Below are positions 1-8,894 of a stretch of 64,000 bases of DNA, piece by piece. The first letter of the stretch is position 1; every line of letters begins with the position of its first letter. The notes under the pieces were generated by a model, which made no database searches, had not been told where the DNA came from, and saw only the letters and a program-made list of their open reading frames with translations. A program made the position numbers and the translations under genes. This DNA comes from Clostridia bacterium (GTDB taxonomy: Bacteria > Bacillota > Clostridia > Oscillospirales > CAG-272): positions 146,392 through 210,391 of the forward strand of contig JAFTXZ010000003.1 of the NCBI GenBank assembly GCA_017461385.1. The letters are read 5' to 3'.

Positions 1-653
1 GAGTATTGCTGTAAATATGGGTCATGCTCAAGTATAGTTACGTCAAGAGTTCCACCGCCCAGGTCAAATACCATAATGGTTTGCTTCTTTGCGTAAATTC
101 TTCTTAAATCGTCGCTATACAGATATGCAATTGCTGCGCCAACCGGCTCTTGAATAATGCTTATTTTCGACTTATCAAGGCCTGTGATTTCCACAACGGT
201 ATCAACGAGAAGCTGGTTATAGTCAGTAGCCGTCATTTGACCCTCTGCAATACCAACAGGGGCAGTTATCGTTACTCTTTCGATATCAATATTTGAAAAC
301 TCTCCACTGCGCTTTGCGTTATCCTTAGCCTTTGCAAGCAAAAACGTCAGGTACTTCTTAAGCACCTCTTTAATTGTGTAGGTTTTGCCGTTACTTGTAA
401 TAGGGGCATTCAGATTTGAAGGATTTTGCCTTACAATCCTTTTCATATATCTGATAACCTCTTTACTATTTACAACAGCCTCACCGATTTCACAATCTGC
501 GCCGTATAGCTCAGAGTTTAATGCTCTTGAATACATAAACAGAGATGGAATACCTCTTTCATCTCCCTTTGAGCCAAAGTTTGTAATTGGAATCTGACCA
601 TTCATAATTGCAATAGATGAATAACAGGTACCAAAGTCAATTCCGATAATCAT
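1..653 (-). CDS. Divergent Hsp70-family ATPase (actin-fold nucleotide-binding domain). Only the N-terminal 217 codons lie in the window; the gene continues beyond position 1.
   Basis: Hand translation of the reverse strand from ATG at 653-651 (RBS GGAG 8 nt upstream) gives MIIGIDFGTCYSSIAIMNG...TITAPVGIAEGQ...IIQEPVGAAIAY...MVFDLGGGTLDVTIL. These match the Hsp70 phosphate-1, connect-1, phosphate-2 and DLGGGTFDVS motifs with correct spacing. The rest is too divergent to be canonical DnaK. The ORF track did not list it because no stop lies in the window. Confidence 0.7.
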   Translation of the reverse strand, partial: MIIGIDFGTCYSSIAIMNGQIPITNFGSKGDERGIPSLFMYSRALNSELYGADCEIGEAVVNSKEVIRYMKRIVRQNPSNLNAPITSNGKTYTIKEVLKKYLTFLLAKAKDNAKRSGEFSNIDIERVTITAPVGIAEGQMTATDYNQLLVDTVVEITGLDKSKISIIQEPVGAAIAYLYSDDLRRIYAKKQTIMVFDLGGGTLDVTILEHDPYLQQY

Positions 654-668
654 TTGTATTTACTCCTT

Positions 669-1718
669 TTATAAGATAATTCTAATTTTTGCAATTACTG
701 CATTGTCGTTTGTTTTCACCATCAAATATGGCTCGTTATCTATCATATTTACTACAAATCTAAGAGATTTGTCGAATCTTCCTGCGTAATCCTGCAAAAG
801 CACCTTGTCGCCGTATTCAAGGCGATAATAGGTATTGCTTGGAATTCTGTAGCCGTAAATTCTTCTCATTGGGAACACGCCTCTGATTTGTAGAGGGTTC
901 TTTCTTTCATTAGTATTTGAGCAATACAGAACTAATCTTTCTGCCAAAACAAATTCATCGCTTTCGTTAAGGGTTGCATTTGGCGTTTCTTGTGGTTCTT
1001 TTTGTGGTTCTTCCTCTTTTTGTGGTTGTTCCTGAGGCTCGTTGCCTGATTCATCGCTTGGAGTCTCAGCCTGTGGCTCATCACTCTGTGGCTTTTCCTC
1101 ATTCTGTGGCTCGTCGCTTGACACCTCGTTTTGTGGCTCGTCATTTACTTCGCCGAGCCTTACCTCGTCATCGTAAAGCTTGATAATCGGCTCCTCGTCC
1201 TTTTCCTCCTCAAGCTCGGATACGTACTTATAAACAAGCACATTTTCCATTATTTCCTCGGGGTCCTCGTTGTGAATTATACAGCCTATTTGCGTGGTAC
1301 GTGCGATTTTGCCATCAAGCTCCTTGTCATTTGTTACTCTGCAAGCTCCACCCACCTTTTCAGTTGGGTCAAGAATTTCGTTTTCCTTATGCATTTTAAG
1401 CTCGACGCCTATGTTTTTAAGGTGAGCCGACATACTTCTGATATAAATGCCGATTGCTCTTTTTAGCTCCTCTAAATCCTGTGCGTCCTCGGCGTCGTTT
1501 TTGATATCGGTAATCACTGGCAAAATAGCCTCTAAAACGTCTATTGCCTGTACCTTGTTTCTGTAAACGTCTGCCTGCTTCTTTTCCCAGCTAACCATTC
1601 TGCTAAGGTCGTCAACCTCGCTGGTTATAGTTTTCTTTAATTGCTCTATGCTTTCATCAAGCTCTGCAAATCTTCCATTTACGTATTTTGCACTTGAGCT
1701 AAGCTGATTATTATCCAT
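669..1718 (-). CDS. GrpE-like nucleotide-exchange-factor domain (N-terminal half), followed by an acidic Asp/Glu/Pro/Gln repeat linker and a C-terminal domain of unknown function
   Basis: N-terminal segments WEKKQADVYRNKVQAIDVLEAILPVITDI and LKNIGVELKMHKENEILDPTEKV align with the GrpE signatures ENLRRR...ELLPVIDSL and FGVEVI...LDPNVHQA. The central DEPQNE-type repeats are encoded by imperfect about 24-30 bp DNA repeats at roughly 1000-1140. The gene lies directly upstream of the Hsp70-like gene, in the same order as grpE-dnaK. Confidence 0.5.
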   Translation of the reverse strand: MDNNQLSSSAKYVNGRFAELDESIEQLKKTITSEVDDLSRMVSWEKKQADVYRNKVQAIDVLEAILPVITDIKNDAEDAQDLEELKRAIGIYIRSMSAHLKNIGVELKMHKENEILDPTEKVGGACRVTNDKELDGKIARTTQIGCIIHNEDPEEIMENVLVYKYVSELEEEKDEEPIIKLYDDEVRLGEVNDEPQNEVSSDEPQNEEKPQSDEPQAETPSDESGNEPQEQPQKEEEPQKEPQETPNATLNESDEFVLAERLVLYCSNTNERKNPLQIRGVFPMRRIYGYRIPSNTYYRLEYGDKVLLQDYAGRFDKSLRFVVNMIDNEPYLMVKTNDNAVIAKIRIIL

Positions 1719-1726
1719 ATATCCTC

Positions 1727-2083
1727 CTATCCCTTGGTGGTACGCTTAGGTGGCTCACCACTTGCGTATTCCTTACCTAAAATTACAATTCTCAAATTTC
1801 CCATATACATATCAACACTGCCCTCGACAGAGCTTGCTATGTTATCTCTCAATTGCTTAAGCCTTTGATCCCTCTCGTTCTCAATTACGCTAATTTGAGC
1901 TTGGGTGGACTTTGATTTTTTCGCCTGCGCGATTCTTGCTTCAAAGTCCTTTTCCGCCTTTTCTATCTTCTTATTGAAGAACTCTATTTCGTCCTTAAGG
2001 TCGTCAATTAGTCGTTGCTCCCTGGTTTCCATAAAGCTCTTTGTAAATGATAACTTTTGTTCAACGGTTTGCTTTTCCATCAC
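1727..2083 (-). CDS. Small (118 aa) predicted coiled-coil protein, function unknown
   Basis: Charged heptad-rich sequence with no HPD or WXG motif. Tightly packed between the giant ATPase gene and the GrpE-like gene (8-15 nt gaps), so it is very likely part of the operon. Confidence 0.45.
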   Translation of the reverse strand: MMEKQTVEQKLSFTKSFMETREQRLIDDLKDEIEFFNKKIEKAEKDFEARIAQAKKSKSTQAQISVIENERDQRLKQLRDNIASSVEGSVDMYMGNLRIVILGKEYASGEPPKRTTKG

Positions 2084-2098
2084 TTACACCTCACTCAC

Positions 2099-5000
2099 TT
2101 AGCGAAAGGAAATAGGTCTTATTCTGCAAAGGCTTGCGCCCCTTACGAGAATAGCCTTATAGCCTTCCTCTTCCTTTTTGATTTCCTCAAGGGCTGAGGC
2201 AAGTCGCTCCCTGCCCACTATTCCTATTCCGTCGCAGTCGCACTCCTTAGTTACAAGGCAGGCAGGCACCTTCTTAGCAAGCTCCTCTATATCTGCTCTT
2301 TGACTTGCTGAGGCAATTACGTAAATACCATACTTGCCACCCAGTGTTGCTATTGTGTATAGCGCCTCAAGAGCACTGGTATTGGAGTCTCTTACCTCCT
2401 TTTGCGCCTGCTCCTTTGCTTGAATAGCAAAGTTCATTTTGTTTTCCTTCATCTTGAGCATATTGAATATGTCCTCGATTGATGCGTCCTGATTCTTCGA
2501 CGGACTTGACGGTGCACTTCCGTATCTTGGCGCTCCGTCAGAGGTTGAAATGCTTCCCTTTAGTCTGGAAAGAGAGGAAAGCCTATTAACCATTACGTAT
2601 AGAGGTGATGGCTTGTATTCCTCGTCAGCCTCACATCTTTTTCTTCTTTCGAGATACTCTGCATAGGCATCTCTTACAAGCTCGCAAATATCTGCGCGCT
2701 CATACTTTCTTACGCTTAAGCCCTTTAGCCCCTCAAGGATTGGATGAAGAACGTTTTCAGTTACCTCCTCACCGTTACAGCAAAGCACCCTTGCGCTCTC
2801 TTTTTTGCTTATGCCCACTAGCATGCAAGCAAGAATTGATGATTGAATGGTCTTATTTTCGCTGATAACCAGCATAGATGAGCTATTTTTACTTAGCTCA
2901 ATTGACACCGGCAGACCAGAATAATCGTTTTCACCAATTGTGAAGCGAGAGTCCTCTGCTCCTCTTACAAGCTGTGCATAGGTTTTTTCTCCATCTGCCT
3001 TATCCTCAAGCAAAACAAAGCGACATTTTTCCTTATCCTGTACGCTCTTGTGCTTTTCCTTGATTTTTTCAATATAGCCCTCAAGCTCGCTTGATGTGGC
3101 GTAGGCGGTTTTTACAAGGGAGCTCTCCCCCTTGCAATAAAGATATGCTTCTCCTCGCTTCAAGGAGCTAAGCTCACTTGATTTTTCATCAAGCGCCATA
3201 CCTGAAATGTTTTTCTTTTCCAGTCTGAAGCATATCATTGTTTTTATTTGATTAAATACAGGGTTCCTTTCCACCTCGCCGTTTGCAATTATTATAAAAT
3301 GCACGCCTGCACATCTGCCCTGTAAAACAGTTTGCGCAAGGCTAAGGATTGTTTCAGAATAAGGCTGATCCTTTTCTCCCTCAAGTAAAGCCTGTGCCTC
3401 ATCAAGCACCACGACTATTCTCGGAAGCACCTTGCCTCCATTCCTTCTCATATCCTCATTATATTCATATACCGTGTTTTTTCCAAGTGAAGCAAAAAGC
3501 GCTTTTCGCCTTTCGATTTCCTCGGAAAGCGCCTCTATGGTGTAGTAAATATCCCACTGACTACAGCCGTCCTTTGCCAGTCTTACGTGGGGCAGTCCCT
3601 TGCTTATATATCTACCAACGGCTCCGTTTTTCTTAAAGTCCAAGAGCCAAAGCTCCAAAAGCTCCCTTGAATACTGCATACAGCCGTTAATTACTATACT
3701 GTGCAAAAGGGAGGACTTTCCCGTGCTGACCTCTCCTAACACCAAGCAGCCTCCCAGCTGAGTGTCCTCTGCCTTACAGCTAAGTTTTAAGCATACCTCT
3801 TTTCCGTTGGACACGCCAATCGGTAGAAGCATTACCTCGCCATCATCTCTTGTAGCTTTATCAAAGCCCAAGTCATTATATGTTACTCTTTGCTCATTTT
3901 TACCATTCACAAGGGACGCCATTTCGGAACAAATTCCCCTTACAAAGGCCACGGAATCCTCTCCTGCCGGAATCATACAAGGGGTGATTTTTGAGTCGCC
4001 CTTGAATATTTCCTTGCCCCTTTGCTCAAGCTTAACGCCTGTATTAAGAAGCTCCTCGTCCTTGTCGCAGACAATTATCAATCTAACGCCTGCCCTTACT
4101 CCATTTTCAGAAAGAAGCTTTCTTAAAATTGATTTTTCCTCAGCGTTTTCCAAAAGCTCCGTCAGCTTATCTCTTATAACAAGCAGGGTATGCTCCTTAT
4201 CGGTTAGTCCTGTGTCTAGTGGAGCTAAAATTTCCATTGGCTCACTTGATATAGTAACAAGCTCACTTGAGAGGGTGTCCCTTATTGTCTCAAGCACAGG
4301 GCATTCCCTTGAAATTATCTTGACGCTCAGGTCTCCTAAAGGAAACTCCTCCAGATATTTCAGCGTCAAGCCACCTATTATTTTATCAAGATAGTCGTTG
4401 TTTTTTCCGTCTCTTTTTAGAATTACTGCCTCGCCACACTGCACGTCAACGCTAAGTATTGCCGGAATTTCCACACTGCGTGAACCGTAAACCTCCTCAA
4501 GAAGCTCACATTTTGCAAGAGCCGTGCCGAAATCTCCAATTGGAATAAATTTTGGCACGCTTCCCTTGTAATCTCTTATTTGACCTATTGAAAGGTCCTT
4601 GCTTTTTTCAATCAGCTCGCCAAGCTCTGCCCTTGCCTTATCAAGAATGCCTGCAAGCTCGCTCTCGCCCTGCTCGCAAAATTCCTTTAGCTTGACCTTT
4701 GCCTGTTGCAAAAGCTCCTCGTGCTTTCGTAGCTCGTCTGCCTTAACTAAATTGAACATTCTTGTCTTTGCGCCCTCGCCCCTTGACAAGTCCTCAACCA
4801 GCCTTCCGCTTTCCTCCACAAGCTCCTTTTCAAGTCTTTCTATCTCATTATCAATTTGAATTGCCCTTTGGAAAACCTCTTGATTTTCTCCACCAGAGCC
4901 GTCCATTTGTCTTTCCAAAATAGCCTTTTCGCTACTATAATTTTCGTTTTCTCTCTCAAGCTCGCTGGCATACCACTCGCTAATGTCCTTAATTGAGCTC

Positions 5001-5770
5001 TCGTGATCCTCCTTTGCCCTTTGGAGCCTTTTCTCGTTATACTTAACAAGCGGGTCGCTTTCCCCTGTGGGCTTGAGCTGAGTGTTTAGCTCCTCCAATC
5101 TGTCCTGTCCCTTGTAGTATTCCTCTGCCAGCTCAAGAAGCTTTTTTCTTGATGGTGGTACAAAGTCCTTGCCACCTAGCTTAAGATAGTCGGAAAGGGC
5201 CTCCTTGTATCTGTCAAGCTCCTTATAAATCCTTGATCTTATTTCTCCGTTTTTCTTTTCCTGTTCCTCAATTCTCTTGATTAAATCACGGTTTTTTCCG
5301 CTATTTATCATTGCATAAACGTCTGAACGAACGCTAAGAGAGCTTTCAAGCTCTGCCTTTAATTGCTCATACTCGCTATCAGCATTGTTCTTCATTCGCT
5401 CATATCGGCAGGATAGGTATTCAAGCTTTTCAGAATGCTCTCTTTCAAGTCCCTCAAATCTTTCGTTGTATGCCTTTTTTACGTTGTCGAGTCTTTCGCC
5501 CTCGTCTGAAAGAAGCTTTTCTCTTTCCGCCTTCAGAATATCTATTTTTTCAATAGCTACCCTTTCGATTTCTCCAAGGCGCTCCTTTTTTGTTGCATCA
5601 AGAATGGAAAGAAGCTCCTCCTCCTCGCGCTTGAATCTTTCAACTTCCTCGTTTAAGGATTTTTGTGCCTCCTCAAGTATTGCGTTAAGGCTGGCTCTTT
5701 TTTCCTCAAAGGTCCTTTTGGCTTCCAAATATTCTTTGTTCTTTTCTTCGATAAGACTCTTTATATCCAA
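2099..5770 (-). CDS. Giant (1223 aa) cytoplasmic protein: about 400 aa N-terminal coiled coil, an FtsK/SpoIIIE/EssC-family P-loop ATPase domain, and a probable second degenerate FtsK-like domain
   Basis: Walker A LGEVSTGKSSL. Walker B IVVVLDEAQALL. The following GVHFIIIANGEVERNPVFNQIKTMICFRL...GEAYLY matches the FtsK block GIHLILATQRP...IKANIPTRIAF...GDMLY. The C-terminal GIYVIASASQRADIEELAKKVPACLVTK resembles a second degenerate copy. No TM helix or FHA motif seen. The start codon is TTG at 5770, preceded by RBS AAGGGGGAG. Confidence 0.7.
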   Translation of the reverse strand: MDIKSLIEEKNKEYLEAKRTFEEKRASLNAILEEAQKSLNEEVERFKREEEELLSILDATKKERLGEIERVAIEKIDILKAEREKLLSDEGERLDNVKKAYNERFEGLEREHSEKLEYLSCRYERMKNNADSEYEQLKAELESSLSVRSDVYAMINSGKNRDLIKRIEEQEKKNGEIRSRIYKELDRYKEALSDYLKLGGKDFVPPSRKKLLELAEEYYKGQDRLEELNTQLKPTGESDPLVKYNEKRLQRAKEDHESSIKDISEWYASELERENENYSSEKAILERQMDGSGGENQEVFQRAIQIDNEIERLEKELVEESGRLVEDLSRGEGAKTRMFNLVKADELRKHEELLQQAKVKLKEFCEQGESELAGILDKARAELGELIEKSKDLSIGQIRDYKGSVPKFIPIGDFGTALAKCELLEEVYGSRSVEIPAILSVDVQCGEAVILKRDGKNNDYLDKIIGGLTLKYLEEFPLGDLSVKIISRECPVLETIRDTLSSELVTISSEPMEILAPLDTGLTDKEHTLLVIRDKLTELLENAEEKSILRKLLSENGVRAGVRLIIVCDKDEELLNTGVKLEQRGKEIFKGDSKITPCMIPAGEDSVAFVRGICSEMASLVNGKNEQRVTYNDLGFDKATRDDGEVMLLPIGVSNGKEVCLKLSCKAEDTQLGGCLVLGEVSTGKSSLLHSIVINGCMQYSRELLELWLLDFKKNGAVGRYISKGLPHVRLAKDGCSQWDIYYTIEALSEEIERRKALFASLGKNTVYEYNEDMRRNGGKVLPRIVVVLDEAQALLEGEKDQPYSETILSLAQTVLQGRCAGVHFIIIANGEVERNPVFNQIKTMICFRLEKKNISGMALDEKSSELSSLKRGEAYLYCKGESSLVKTAYATSSELEGYIEKIKEKHKSVQDKEKCRFVLLEDKADGEKTYAQLVRGAEDSRFTIGENDYSGLPVSIELSKNSSSMLVISENKTIQSSILACMLVGISKKESARVLCCNGEEVTENVLHPILEGLKGLSVRKYERADICELVRDAYAEYLERRKRCEADEEYKPSPLYVMVNRLSSLSRLKGSISTSDGAPRYGSAPSSPSKNQDASIEDIFNMLKMKENKMNFAIQAKEQAQKEVRDSNTSALEALYTIATLGGKYGIYVIASASQRADIEELAKKVPACLVTKECDCDGIGIVGRERLASALEEIKKEEEGYKAILVRGASLCRIRPISFR

Positions 5771-6004
5771 TTTATCTCCCCCTTCTATAAGGTGTATTGG
5801 CTTTGCGAATTTTTGAACTAGCTGACGTCTTGTTCATATTTTCGAATTACGATTTTTTCAAGAACTTAAGTCCATAAAAACGCGCAAATATAGGTACAGC
5901 TTAATTCTAGCACAGTTTTTTTCTACTGTCTATAATGTTTAAGTGATTTTAGAAAATGTTCTTATTTTTTGAACTTTACTCCATTTGAGGGTTTTTTTGT
6001 TTTC

Positions 6005-6052
6005 ATTTTTTGAAAAACGAAGCAAAAGGAGAGCGAATCAATCGCTCTCCTT
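6005..6052 (-). terminator. Rho-independent terminator for the glycoside hydrolase gene
   Basis: Stem AAGGAGAGCG/CGCTCTCCTT at 6026-6052 directly after the stop at 6053-6055, with a T-run on the minus strand. Confidence 0.5.
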
Positions 6053-8080
6053 TTACTCTTTGATTTCTGTAACCTTAACTAACGGTCTGTACTCGATAAA
6101 TTTGTTTTTGCCTGGGCAAATTTGATATTTACCAATAGTTGCAAGAATATACCAGGACGCCATGCTTCCGTTATCCTCATCACCTGGGAAGCCCTCCTCG
6201 GTGCTAAACAGCTCCGTGGTGATTTTTTTAACCAGCGCTCTCGTTTTTGATTTTTTTCCAAAATGTGCGTAGATAAATGGCAAATGGAAGCTGGGCTGAT
6301 TTGATATAGCAAGCTGACCTAAGCCACCTCTTGCCATTTCAGACATTTCGTGAATTTCTGCTCCATAGCTTCCAACTCGAAACTCTGCGGGAGCTGACAA
6401 AATTTCATCAAGCCTTTTCAGTAGCTTATCCCTTCCACCGTATAGCCTGCTAAGCCCCTCAATGTCGTGAACAACAGATAGGGAGCCCTGCCAGGGCGCG
6501 CACTCGGTGAAGCCGTAGCCCCACTCGTAGGGGTCAAAGTCCACTCTAAACTCGCCCCTGCTGTTTTTTGGTACAATAAAGCATCTTTCCTTGTCGAAAA
6601 GCCTTTTGTATGCGCCCTTACGAGAGGATTTCCCACATTCCTTATAATAACGTCTTGCAAGCTCCACCGTCTGTGGTTCTAGTCCAAATTTACCTGTCTT
6701 GCATAGCTCGTCATTCCTTATTATAATACAATCAGCAACTTGACAAACGCACCAGTCCCCGTAGGAATAATCAACTGTCAAATTCACACTTTCTCCATAC
6801 AAATCACTGGGGACGTATCCGTATTTTAGATAATCACCAAGTCCGGCTCTGCCATAAATTTTGCTAGGAGGACACTGACTTACGTTTTTAACCATGCCCA
6901 AAAATCCGTTTACCAGCATTTCGTCATCAAGCAAGCCCTTTGTAGCGCCATCTGCAATAACCGACTCAATAAGGGTGCTGGGCATACAGCCAACCTCACC
7001 CATGCTACTCCATCTGGGCAGCCAGCCTCCGTCCACATAGTCAACAATAAAGCCTTGAAGAATCTCTCTGAATTCCTTCTTAGCAATTATGGTAAAGAGA
7101 GGCAATTGAGTTCTGTATGTATCCCAAAAGCCACTGTCAGTATATCGAACACCTTGCCTTTTTTCCTTTAACAGCGGTGCATAGTGAACGCACTCACCAT
7201 TTTTTTCAATCTCGTAAGCCTTGTGTGGGAACAAAAACGCCCTATACATACAGGAATAAAAGGTTCTTAAAATCTTTTCGTCAGCCTCTATCTTAATCCT
7301 CGAAAGCTTTTCCTCCCAAGACTCTTTGGCTCTTTCTCTTACTTGCTCAAGGGTTTTGCCTTGAATTTCCCTTTCCATATTTACAAGCGCTTGAGCATAG
7401 CTAATATAGGAAATTCCTACACGTACCTCGGTATTTTTTGCGCTAAGTGGCAAATGAAGATACGTTTTGCCATCCTCGCTTCCGCATTCTGCGCTTTCCA
7501 AAAGCGCATCACCTAGCTCAAGCACAAAATATGTTTTGAAGTCTGGCGCGTCTGCCTGGTGAGTGCCCTTTATAACTCCGCGAACTTGCTTTCTTTCCTT
7601 ATCAAGCTCTTCTATTTCAAGCTGACAGGAGGTTGAAAAAATCGAAAGCACAGGTTGACTCTTTCCCTCGTAGCTTAGCTTTATAATAGCGCATCTTTCA
7701 CTTGGTGCTAGCTCTAGAGTGCATTTAGGCTTTATTAGTCTAACCTTAATGTAATCGGGGGATAGCTGACACTCTGTCGGCAAAAAGCTGGAGCACGCCG
7801 AGGAGGCGCTGTTTTTTATTTGGTCGCACTGGGGAACAAAAAGCATCGTACCATAATCCCCAATCCAAGGACTCGGCTGATGCGTTAGCCTAATTCCCTC
7901 CATATAGCTTGCTCTCGGCTTATAAAACCAGGTCTCCTTGCCCGCCTCAAGCTCCGTCTGTGGGCAAAAGGACACCATACCAAAGGGAAGCTGGCAAAGT
8001 GGCAGGGTGTTTCCCGTTGAATATTTAATGGTACTCTCTGTACCCATTTTTACATTGACATAATCTAAATATCCCATCAT
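6053..8080 (-). CDS. Cytoplasmic glycoside hydrolase, probably GH92-like (alpha-mannosidase-type). Family assignment is tentative.
   Basis: N-terminal GT...GNTLP...PFGMV...P.T resembles the GH92 N-terminal signature. No signal peptide. The ORF track start is TTG at 8095; RBS GGGAGA favours the ATG at 8080 or 8077. Confidence 0.4.
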   Translation of the reverse strand: MMGYLDYVNVKMGTESTIKYSTGNTLPLCQLPFGMVSFCPQTELEAGKETWFYKPRASYMEGIRLTHQPSPWIGDYGTMLFVPQCDQIKNSASSACSSFLPTECQLSPDYIKVRLIKPKCTLELAPSERCAIIKLSYEGKSQPVLSIFSTSCQLEIEELDKERKQVRGVIKGTHQADAPDFKTYFVLELGDALLESAECGSEDGKTYLHLPLSAKNTEVRVGISYISYAQALVNMEREIQGKTLEQVRERAKESWEEKLSRIKIEADEKILRTFYSCMYRAFLFPHKAYEIEKNGECVHYAPLLKEKRQGVRYTDSGFWDTYRTQLPLFTIIAKKEFREILQGFIVDYVDGGWLPRWSSMGEVGCMPSTLIESVIADGATKGLLDDEMLVNGFLGMVKNVSQCPPSKIYGRAGLGDYLKYGYVPSDLYGESVNLTVDYSYGDWCVCQVADCIIIRNDELCKTGKFGLEPQTVELARRYYKECGKSSRKGAYKRLFDKERCFIVPKNSRGEFRVDFDPYEWGYGFTECAPWQGSLSVVHDIEGLSRLYGGRDKLLKRLDEILSAPAEFRVGSYGAEIHEMSEMARGGLGQLAISNQPSFHLPFIYAHFGKKSKTRALVKKITTELFSTEEGFPGDEDNGSMASWYILATIGKYQICPGKNKFIEYRPLVKVTEIKE

Positions 8081-8479
8081 TTCTCCCGTTTTCAAAATCT
8101 CACACTGGGTGAGGCTTTTTTCGATTTTATATAAAATTACCAGTTACATTTTATCACACTCCTCCTTATTATGTCAACAAATCCGACACTCCTTTTAAGG
8201 AAATTATTCAAATCCTCTAGTAATATAAGAAAAAACGTGCTACAATAAAAGAAAAAAAGACACCCCGTTCCCATTATTTCTCTCTAACTAAATCTATTTT
8301 TTCCTTTTCTTTGTTAAAAATATAGCAAAGTTACCTGCAAAGTGGAGATTATATGGCAAAAAGCTATCTTTTTAACGAAATGTTTAGGATTTTTTAGGTT
8401 AAAATTAAAAAGCGTGCATATTAGTATTGTAAAATGTTAGTGTATCTTAGCTGTATAAAATTTAGAAAGGATGTTTTTT

Positions 8480-8692
8480 ATGTATCAGCGAATTCGCGAT
8501 TTAAGAGAAGATAAGGATCTTACTCAGACACAAATTGCAAAAATGCTTGGTATGTCCCAAACTGGATATTCAAAATACGAAACGGGCGAAAACGATATTC
8601 CGACAGACATTCTCATTAAGCTAGCGCGTTTTTATGGAACTAGTATTGACTATTTACTTGGTGAAACCAACAACCCCGAGAGGTACAAATAA
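8480..8692 (+). CDS. XRE-family (Cro/CI-type) helix-turn-helix transcriptional regulator
   Basis: LTQTQIAKMLGMSQTGYSKYETGENDIPTDILIKLARFYGTSIDYLLG is a classical XRE HTH. RBS GAAAGGA is 8 nt before the ATG at 8480; the track ATG at 8471 has no spacing. Confidence 0.8.
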   Translation: MYQRIRDLREDKDLTQTQIAKMLGMSQTGYSKYETGENDIPTDILIKLARFYGTSIDYLLGETNNPERYK

Positions 8693-8696
8693 CAAG

Positions 8697-8725
8697 GACA
8701 GGAGCGTTTTGCTCCTGTCTTTTTA
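8697..8725 (+). terminator. Rho-independent terminator after the XRE gene
   Basis: GACAGGAGC-GTTT-GCTCCTGTC followed by TTTTT. Confidence 0.75.
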
Positions 8726-8842
8726 TCGTATAAGCTTGAAAAGAGCACACAAGGCGGACATTTTCTGTCTCAATCAGAAAATTGCATTTGTCCAGCAAAT
8801 ACAAAAGAGCTAGAATAAAGCCTATATTAGCGAGCACTATAC

Positions 8843-8890
8843 AAAAAAAGAGAACAACCTGACTGTGCAGTCAGGTTGTTCTCTTTTTTA
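8843..8890. terminator. Bidirectional terminator hairpin downstream of the GH3 gene
   Basis: Perfect 17-bp stem AGAGAACAACCTGACTG/CAGTCAGGTTGTTCTCT with a 3-nt TGC loop, flanked by an A-run and a T-run. Confidence 0.75.
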
Positions 8891-8894
8891 TATA

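Noticed and set aside
385-597. 70-aa plus-strand ORF
   Set aside because: It lies antisense within the Hsp70-like coding region, which is supported by strong motifs.
3762-5816. Antisense ORFs (210 aa, 143 aa and others) inside the giant FtsK-like gene
   Set aside because: Ser/Leu-rich low-complexity translations of the reverse strand of a coiled-coil gene. No RBS and no motifs.
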